Assembly (NCBI GenBank): GCA_041640655.1
Contig: JBEPZV010000026.1
Location: 1-36,173, forward strand
Origin: a bacterium
Lineage (GTDB): Bacteria; Acidobacteriota; Blastocatellia; HR10
Direction of reading: 5' to 3'
DNA: 36,173 nt
The position numbers and the translations under genes are program-made. Below are positions 29,837-36,173 of this stretch, in pieces; position 1 is the first letter of the stretch; every line of letters starts with the position of its first letter. The notes under the pieces are model-generated. The model was not told the origin of the DNA and did not search any database. It saw only the letters and a program-made list of their open reading frames with translations.

Positions 29837-31102
29837 ATGGAGCTGTTCTGGACGGTCTGGAATCATCCGATCGTCTCCGCGTACATCGTGCGGCGGCTGC
29901 CGACCATTGTGATCGTGCTCTTTGTGATCCTCACAGTAGCGGCCTATCTGGTTTATGCCGAGCGCAAGATCAGCGCCTTCATCCAGGCGCGGCTGGGGCC
30001 GATGCGCGTTGGGCCCTATGGGTTGTTGCAACCGCTGGCGGACGCCCTGAAGCTCCTCTCGAAGGAGGACATCATCCCGGCGCGGGCCGAGCGCTCGATC
30101 TTCGTCATCGCGCCGATGATCTCGGTGGTCGCCTCGCTCGTCGTCCTGGCCGTGATTCCTTTCGGTCCTGGACGCGCGACGATCACCGACATCAACATCG
30201 GCGTGCTCTTCATCTTGGCCGTCTCTTCGGTCGGGGTCCTGGGGATCATCTTGGGGGGATGGGCCTCGAACAGCAAATATCCCCTCTTGGGGGCATTGCG
30301 GTCTTCGGCGCAGATGGTCAGCTATGAGGTCGCCATCGCGCTCGCTCTGGTGGGGCCCCTCATGTTCGCCAAGACGCTCTCGATGGTCGGCGTGATCGAG
30401 GCGCAGATGGCCGACGGCGTGTGGTATGTCCTCTATCAGCCAGTCGCCTTTCTGATCTTCCTCGTCGGCGGACTGGCGGAGACCAATCGCGCGCCGTTCG
30501 ATCTGCCGGAGGCGGAGTCGGAGATCGTGGCCGGGTATCACACCGAATACAGCGGCTTCCGCTGGGCGCTCTATTTCGTGGCCGAGTACACGAATATCGT
30601 CATCTCGGCGGCGATCGCGGCGACGGTCTTCCTCGGCGGATGGCACTTTCCCGGGCTGACGCGGCTGGCCGAGCCGGGGACGGGACTCTATGCGCTCCTG
30701 GCGGTGCTCATCTTCGCCGCGAAGGTGTTCGCCATCGTCTACTGTTTCATCTGGTTCCGATGGACGTTCCCCCGCTATCGGTACGATCAACTGATGGGCC
30801 TGGGGTGGAAATGGCTCATCCCGGCAGCTCTGGCGAATATCCTGGTGACGGGCGCCGTGCTCGTCCTGGCCCAGCATCTCGGTCTGGTGGAGACGGTGCG
30901 CACGGAAGCGGGGGAGCGACTCGTGAGTCTCTGGCCGTGGGGGAAGCTCTTCCTCATCGCGGCTTCGCTGCTGATCGGCGTGCCGATCGTGTGGATCGTG
31001 CTGGCGGTGATCAATCGCCGCTCGGCCGATTTCAATTTGCGCGTCCAGCGGCAGATTCGTCTGCCCGAGCGCGGCGAGGAGGAGATCTTCGCCGAAGTGT
31101 GA
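29837..31102 (+). CDS. nuoH: NADH-quinone oxidoreductase subunit H
   Basis: ERKISAFIQARLGP, GLLQPLADALKL, AQMVSYE, ETNRAPFDLPEAESE and PRYRYDQLM. Confidence 0.96.
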   Translation: MELFWTVWNHPIVSAYIVRRLPTIVIVLFVILTVAAYLVYAERKISAFIQARLGPMRVGPYGLLQPLADALKLLSKEDIIPARAERSIFVIAPMISVVASLVVLAVIPFGPGRATITDINIGVLFILAVSSVGVLGIILGGWASNSKYPLLGALRSSAQMVSYEVAIALALVGPLMFAKTLSMVGVIEAQMADGVWYVLYQPVAFLIFLVGGLAETNRAPFDLPEAESEIVAGYHTEYSGFRWALYFVAEYTNIVISAAIAATVFLGGWHFPGLTRLAEPGTGLYALLAVLIFAAKVFAIVYCFIWFRWTFPRYRYDQLMGLGWKWLIPAALANILVTGAVLVLAQHLGLVETVRTEAGERLVSLWPWGKLFLIAASLLIGVPIVWIVLAVINRRSADFNLRVQRQIRLPERGEEEIFAEV

Positions 31103-31118
31103 GTCAGGAGGCCCAATC

Positions 31119-31616
31119 ATGGCGGAACCGAGACGCAATTGGAAGCAGGTCCTCTCGCGGTTCCTGCTGCTGGATCTCATTAAAGGGCTGCTCGTCACGT
31201 TCAAATATCAGGCGCCGAAGCACTGCTACACCGAGCGATATCCGCTCGTTCGCCCGAAGATCGCCGAGCGGTTTCGCGGCGCGCCGCGCCTGAACCTGGA
31301 TCCGGAGACGGGCGAGAGCCTCTGCATCGCGTGCAACCTCTGCGCCATCGCCTGCCCGGAGGATCTGATCACGGTCGTCGAGGCCGTGCGCGAATACGTG
31401 GATCATGAGGGGAAGACGAAGAAGAAGCGCGTGCTGGTGGATTACACCTATGACACCTCGCGCTGCATGTTCTGTGGCCATTGTCAGGACGTGTGCCCGA
31501 CCTATGCCATCGAGCTGACGCAGGAGTTCGAGCTGGCCATCTATCGGCGAAAGGATTTCGTCTGGTCCTGGGAGATGTTGGAGAAGGGGATCGAGCAGCC
31601 GATCTACACGCGGTGA
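31119..31616 (+). CDS. nuoI: NADH-quinone oxidoreductase subunit I
   Basis: RFRG and two 4Fe-4S motifs, CIACNLCAIACP and CMFCGHCQDVCP. Confidence 0.95.
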   Translation: MAEPRRNWKQVLSRFLLLDLIKGLLVTFKYQAPKHCYTERYPLVRPKIAERFRGAPRLNLDPETGESLCIACNLCAIACPEDLITVVEAVREYVDHEGKTKKKRVLVDYTYDTSRCMFCGHCQDVCPTYAIELTQEFELAIYRRKDFVWSWEMLEKGIEQPIYTR

Positions 31617-31628
31617 GGGAGGAGAGAC

Positions 31629-32180
31629 ATGGAGTTGAAGGGCGCGCAGGTTCTCTTCTACTACGCGCTGGCGTTCTTCGTGCTCATCATGGCCGTCTCG
31701 CTCATCCGCGCGCGATCGGCCGTGCACGCGGCGCTCTATCTGATGGGCACGCTGATCGGGACCGCCGGTTTGTTCCTGCTCCTGCATGCGGAGTTCGTGG
31801 CGGGCGCGCAGATCCTCATCTACGTCGGCGGCGTGGTCGTCCTCTTCATCTTCGTCATCATGCTCGTGAACGTGCGCGAGGAGATCACCGAGGCGACGCG
31901 CTTGTTCACGCGGCAGGAGGCCGTGGCCTGGGCGCTGGTGGGTGCCATGACCGTGGCGACGATCATCGCTCTGCGGCGCGAGGCGAATCTGCTGCCGCCG
32001 GCGGTCGCCCCTTCGGAGGAGACGGCGCTCGCCCTCTCGGAGGATACGCAGCGGGTGGGGAGCGCGCTCTACACGCGCGCGGCCTTGCCGTTCGAGATCG
32101 CCTCGCTGCTGCTCCTGGTGGCCATCGTGGGATCGGTGATCCTGGCCCGCACGCGACGCCAGGAGGAGACGTTCGATTGA
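31629..32180 (+). CDS. nuoJ: NADH-quinone oxidoreductase subunit J
   Basis: AEFVAGAQILIYVGGVVVLFIFVIML and LPFEIASLLLLVAIVG. Confidence 0.95.
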   Translation: MELKGAQVLFYYALAFFVLIMAVSLIRARSAVHAALYLMGTLIGTAGLFLLLHAEFVAGAQILIYVGGVVVLFIFVIMLVNVREEITEATRLFTRQEAVAWALVGAMTVATIIALRREANLLPPAVAPSEETALALSEDTQRVGSALYTRAALPFEIASLLLLVAIVGSVILARTRRQEETFD

Positions 32181-32196
32181 GGGGTGAGGAAGGGAG

Positions 32197-32595
32197 ATGA
32201 ACGGCGTGATGGTCGGATGGGCGGTGCAAGAGACGACGTCGTTCGTGAGTCGGTTCGTGGAGGGGCTCACGGCTCCGAAAGGAGTCGTGGATTTCCTCGT
32301 GCTCAGTTTCATGCTCTTCGCCGTCGGCGTCCTGGGCGTGCTCTCTCGCCGCAACGTCCTCATCATTTTCATGTCCATCGAGCTGATCCTGAATGCGGCG
32401 AACTTGAACTTCATCGCGTTCACGCGCCACTGGCAGGCGATGGGGCGCATTTCGGAGAACATGGGGCATATTTTCGTGATCTTCATCATCGTCGTGGCGG
32501 CGGCCGAGGCCGTCATCGGCCTGGGAATCCTCATCGCGCTCTATCGCAATCGCCAGACGGTGGCCATTGACGAGATCAACCTCTTGAAATGGTGA
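32197..32595 (+). CDS. nuoK: NADH-quinone oxidoreductase subunit K
   Basis: [31 protein letters not shown] and INLLKW. Confidence 0.95.
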   Translation: MNGVMVGWAVQETTSFVSRFVEGLTAPKGVVDFLVLSFMLFAVGVLGVLSRRNVLIIFMSIELILNAANLNFIAFTRHWQAMGRISENMGHIFVIFIIVVAAAEAVIGLGILIALYRNRQTVAIDEINLLKW

Positions 32596-32601
32596 GCGGG
32601 C

Positions 32602-33075
32602 GTGAGCACACGGTGGTTGATCACCTTGAGGCTGTGGGATCGCGGAAGGAAGAGCTCTTGGAGAGCGGGGCTCTTCGGCGTGAGCCTGATGGCGATCGTG
32701 CTCGTCATCTCTGAGCAGGCGAACGCGCAAGCTCAGGAGGTGATGATCACGGGGCGGGAGATCGTCGAGCGGCTGACTCGGCTGGAGGAAGGGCAGAAAC
32801 GATTGGAGCAGCGCATCGCTGATGTGGAGACCCGCTTGGGACAGCGCCTGGACGAATTGCGGGAGTTTCTGCTGTGGGGGTTTGGGGTGACATTTGCGGG
32901 GATATTCGCATTGGTGGGATTTGTGCTGTGGGATCGGCGGACGGCGTTAGCGCCGGCGGTGCGGCGGATTGAGGAGTTGCAGGAGCGGGAGCGACGGCTG
33001 GAGGCGGCATTGCGCGAGTATGCGGCCAAAGCCCCCGAATTGGCCGAGGCCTTGAAAAAGGTCGGATTGATGTGA
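32602..33075 (+). CDS. Hypothetical membrane-anchored coiled-coil protein, copy 1
   Basis: Signal-like N-terminus (ANA-QAQ), coiled coil ERLTRLEEGQKRL, TM segment, WDRRTALAP, second coiled coil. Start uncertain. Confidence 0.75.
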   Translation: MSTRWLITLRLWDRGRKSSWRAGLFGVSLMAIVLVISEQANAQAQEVMITGREIVERLTRLEEGQKRLEQRIADVETRLGQRLDELREFLLWGFGVTFAGIFALVGFVLWDRRTALAPAVRRIEELQERERRLEAALREYAAKAPELAEALKKVGLM

Positions 33076-33549
33076 GGGGATGATGGTCGCGTTTTCATTG
33101 TCGAGAATGAGAGCATCTTCGTGCGATGAGGCGGGAGGGCGATGGGGGGCGAAGCTGTTACTCCTTATGGTCGTCCTCGTCTCGATCGGAGTGAGCGGAA
33201 AAGCCCAAGAGCGTGAAATCGTCATCACAGGGCGGGAGATCGTCGAGCGGCTGACTCGGCTGGAGGAAGGGCAGAAACGGTTGGAGGAAGGGCAGAGGCA
33301 GTTGGGACAGCGCCTGGACGAATTGCGGGAGTTTCTGCTGTGGGGGTTTGGGGTGACGTTTGCGGGGATATTCGCATTGGTGGGATTTGTGCTGTGGGAT
33401 CGGCGGACGGCGTTAGCGCCGGCGGTGCGGCGGATTGAGGAGTTGCAGGAGCGGGAGCGACGGCTGGAGGCGGCATTGCGCGAGTATGCGGCCAAAGCCC
33501 CCGAATTGGCCGAGGCCTTGAAAAAAGCCGGGTTGATGTGAGGGGATGA
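32745..33549 (+). repeat. Near-identical tandem duplication (~32745-33083 and ~33223-33549)
   Basis: From TTGGGACAGCGCCTG to TGTGAGGGGATGA (32836-33083 vs 33302-33549) I count about 4 substitutions. A 12-nt length difference lies upstream in the coiled-coil part. Confidence 0.92.
33080..33541 (+). CDS. Hypothetical membrane-anchored coiled-coil protein, copy 2
   Basis: Same core as 32602-33075 with a different N-terminal leader. Start uncertain. Confidence 0.75.
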   Translation: MMVAFSLSRMRASSCDEAGGRWGAKLLLLMVVLVSIGVSGKAQEREIVITGREIVERLTRLEEGQKRLEEGQRQLGQRLDELREFLLWGFGVTFAGIFALVGFVLWDRRTALAPAVRRIEELQERERRLEAALREYAAKAPELAEALKKAGLM

Positions 33550-33583
33550 GTCGAATGCTGGAAGGAGGGCGGGGATACGGACT

Positions 33584-35788
33584 ATGCTGAAACTGATCTG
33601 GCTGATTCCGGCGCTTCCACTTCTCAGCGCCCTCGTCCTTGGGATTTTCGGTCGAACGCTCAAGCTATCGGAGAAGACGATCTCGTGGATCGCGTGCGGT
33701 TCGGTCTTCCTCTCGCTGGTGATCTCGATCGGGGCGGTCTACGAATTCGCGACCTCGTATTGGCCGACGCACGGGCGGCCGTATCTCTCCCGCGAAGCCG
33801 GAGGGTTTCCGCATTCGTTCACATGGGTGCCCGGGGGCGAGGCGCGGTTGACCTGGGGACCGGAAGCGGGCACAACCGTCCCGCTTCGCATCGAGTGGTC
33901 GTACCAGCTCGATCAGCTCTCGGCCGTGATGATCCTCGTCGTCACGTTCGTGGGCTTTTGGATTCACGTCTTCTCGATCGGATACATGCGCGGCGATGGC
34001 GGATTCTATCGCTTCTTCGCGCAGATGAACCTGTTCATGTTCATGATGCTCGTGCTCGTGATGAGCTCGAACTTCCTGATGATGTTCGTCGGGTGGGAGG
34101 GCGTGGGGCTCTGCTCGTATCTGCTCATCGGCTACTACTTCCACTGGAACTACGCGGCCTATGCGAGCAAGAAGGCGTTCATCGTGAATCGGGTGGGGGA
34201 TTTCGGATTCCTGTTGGCGATGTTCGCGATCTTCTCGCTCTTTGGGACGTTGCAGTTCACCGAGGTGATGGAGCTGGCCAAGAACGATGCCTATCTGCCC
34301 CAGGAGGCGTTCGGGATGTGGGGCTTGGCCTCCTGGATCGCGCTCGGGCTCTTCATCGGGGCGACGGGGAAGAGCGCGCAGATTCCCCTCTACGTCTGGT
34401 TGCCGGATGCGATGGCGGGGCCGACACCGGTCTCCGCGCTCATTCATGCAGCGACGATGGTGACGGCGGGCGTCTATATGGTCACGCGTACGAACGTGAT
34501 CTTCCAGAAGTCGCCGACGATGATGTTCGTGGTCGCGCTGGTGGGCGTGGCGACGGCCGTCTGGGCGGCCTCGATGGGCTTCACGCAGACGGACATCAAA
34601 AAGGTCCTGGCCTATTCGACGATCTCGCAGCTCGGGTACATGTTCCTCGCGTGCGGCGTCGGCGCCTTCGCGGCCGGCATCTTTCACCTCTACACGCACG
34701 CCTTCTTCAAAGCCTTGATGTTCCTGGGGGCGGGATCGGTCATCATCGCCTTGCATCACGAGATGGACATGCGGCGCATGGGCGGATTGGCTCGCTTCAT
34801 GCCGATCACCTATCGAACCTTTCTGGCGGGGTGGTTGGCCATCTGCGGCATTCCGCTCTTCTCCGGATTCTTCAGCAAAGATGAGATTCTGTGGCGGACA
34901 TTCTCGACCGAGGTCATCCCGGGCGGGCGATGGCTGTGGCTGCTGGGGTTTCTCGGAGCGGGCATGACGGCGTTTTACATGACGCGGCTCGTCGCTTTGA
35001 CGTTCTGGGGCGAACCGCGCTTCGTCGTCGCCGGTGGCAGTGGAGCCTCGCACGAACATGGGGCGCATGCCGGTCACCAGGTGCGGGAATCGCCGCGCGT
35101 CATGACGATCCCCCTCATCGTCCTGGCCGTGGGGGCGACAGTCAGTGGCTTCATCGGATGGCCGGAGTCGCTCGGTGGGACGAATCGGTTCGAGAAGTGG
35201 TTGGAGCCCGTGATCTGGCATCGCGCGCCGGAGCCTGGAGGGCTGGGATTCGGACATGGACCGACGGCGGCAGCCCATGAGGCGCTTGTCGGCGTCGGGG
35301 CTCATGCGGAGGCGCATTCGGCGATGGAATACGTCCTCATGCTCGCCTCGATCGCGCTGGCGGCCGGAGTCATGTACGGATGCGCGATCCTCTATCTCCG
35401 GCGGCGCGACCGGCTGGAGGCCATCGTTCGAGCCATCCGCCCGCTCTACGTCGCGAGCGCGAACAAGTATTGGGTGGATGAGTTCTATGAGGGCGTCTTC
35501 GTCCGCGGGCTCGCGCTCGGATTGAGTCGGTTCTCCTGGCGCGTGGATGCGCGCGGCGTGGACGGTGGCGTCAACGGTTCGGCGTGGATGACCGTCTTCT
35601 GGAGCAAGGTCTCCGGGTGGTTCGACCTCTACGTGGTGGATTTCATCGTGAACGCGATCGGCGCGATGATGAAGCTCTTCTCGACCGTCTTCCGTATGGC
35701 GCAGACGGGATTCGCGCAGAACTATGCGCTCGTCATCACGACGGGGCTCTTTCTGCTCACCGCTGTGTATCTGATCCTGTCCTGGTAG
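33584..35788 (+). CDS. nuoL: NADH-quinone oxidoreductase subunit L
   Basis: FVGWEGVGLCSYLLIGY, KAFIVNRVGD, GKSAQIPLYVWLPDAMAGPTPVSALIHAATMVTAGVY and HAFFKA. Confidence 0.97.
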   Translation: MLKLIWLIPALPLLSALVLGIFGRTLKLSEKTISWIACGSVFLSLVISIGAVYEFATSYWPTHGRPYLSREAGGFPHSFTWVPGGEARLTWGPEAGTTVPLRIEWSYQLDQLSAVMILVVTFVGFWIHVFSIGYMRGDGGFYRFFAQMNLFMFMMLVLVMSSNFLMMFVGWEGVGLCSYLLIGYYFHWNYAAYASKKAFIVNRVGDFGFLLAMFAIFSLFGTLQFTEVMELAKNDAYLPQEAFGMWGLASWIALGLFIGATGKSAQIPLYVWLPDAMAGPTPVSALIHAATMVTAGVYMVTRTNVIFQKSPTMMFVVALVGVATAVWAASMGFTQTDIKKVLAYSTISQLGYMFLACGVGAFAAGIFHLYTHAFFKALMFLGAGSVIIALHHEMDMRRMGGLARFMPITYRTFLAGWLAICGIPLFSGFFSKDEILWRTFSTEVIPGGRWLWLLGFLGAGMTAFYMTRLVALTFWGEPRFVVAGGSGASHEHGAHAGHQVRESPRVMTIPLIVLAVGATVSGFIGWPESLGGTNRFEKWLEPVIWHRAPEPGGLGFGHGPTAAAHEALVGVGAHAEAHSAMEYVLMLASIALAAGVMYGCAILYLRRRDRLEAIVRAIRPLYVASANKYWVDEFYEGVFVRGLALGLSRFSWRVDARGVDGGVNGSAWMTVFWSKVSGWFDLYVVDFIVNAIGAMMKLFSTVFRMAQTGFAQNYALVITTGLFLLTAVYLILSW

Positions 35789-35798
35789 GGGGGAGGGT

Positions 35799-36173
35799 AT
35801 GTCGCCGGAACGTCTGGCCGAGTATCACCTGCTCTCGATCATCACGTGGCTCCCGGTTCTGGGTGCGCTCATCTTGATCTTCTTCTTCCATCGGGAGCGG
35901 AAGCAGGCGATCCGCATCTTCGCCAACGTGTGGGCGATCCTGAGCTTCCTGCCCTCGCTGCTGCTGTTGACCTATGATCGCCGATTGGGAGGCATTCAAT
36001 TCATCGAGGACGTGGACTGGATCCCGCAAATCGGCGCGCGATACCAATTGGGCGTAGATGGCATCTCGGTCGTGCTCGTGCTGCTGACGACCTTGATCGG
36101 CGTGATCGCCGTCGCGTGCTCCTGGGGCTTCATTCAGGAGCGGGTGAAGGAGTACTACGTCGTCCTGCTGCTG
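35799..36173 (+). CDS. nuoM: NADH-quinone oxidoreductase subunit M (partial, runs off the window end)
   Basis: Not in the ORF track. My translation: MSPERLAEYHLLSIITWLPVLGALILIFF...QFIEDVDWIPQIGARYQLGVDGISVVLVLLTT...VKEYY; follows nuoL. Confidence 0.92.
   Translation, partial: MSPERLAEYHLLSIITWLPVLGALILIFFFHRERKQAIRIFANVWAILSFLPSLLLLTYDRRLGGIQFIEDVDWIPQIGARYQLGVDGISVVLVLLTTLIGVIAVACSWGFIQERVKEYYVVLLL

Noticed and set aside
28075..31616. Group 4 [NiFe]-hydrogenase as explanation for missing nuoEFG
   Set aside because: The large subunit lacks both CxxC Ni-binding motifs and has the quinone-site HGVLR and RLDY motifs of NuoD.

Overview
High-GC bacterial chromosomal window. Gene content and style (Oar-type TonB receptor, Glu/Arg-rich proteins, a Tes-like radical SAM enzyme) suggest a thermophilic Acidobacteriota (Blastocatellia-like); this is inference. 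From left to right it holds a partial TonB-dependent receptor and a ROK repressor with a likely operator, then a ~660-bp array of nine hairpin repeats at ~81-bp period. Next is a lower-GC accessory operon on the - strand: an uncalled 41-aa single-TM peptide, a bacterial gasdermin-like protein and a CSLREA/beta-helix surface protein. No cognate protease is present, and the candidate promoter has an A11 tract in its spacer. Housekeeping genes follow: rimO-pgpA-cinA, grpE, an RRM protein, mtgA, glgA-trxA-purA. Then come an F420-type LLM oxidoreductase, a radical SAM pair whose second member resembles tetraether lipid synthase (Tes/GDGT-MAS), and a heme-copper oxidoreductase lacking the active-site Tyr (sNOR-like) with SCO. 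After bcp, yqeY and sat-cysC is a nuoCDHIJK-(two near-identical inserted genes)-LM operon with no nuoEFG. The best candidate for an undescribed system is the protease-less gasdermin operon. All family assignments come from motif recognition by eye and memory; no searches were run.
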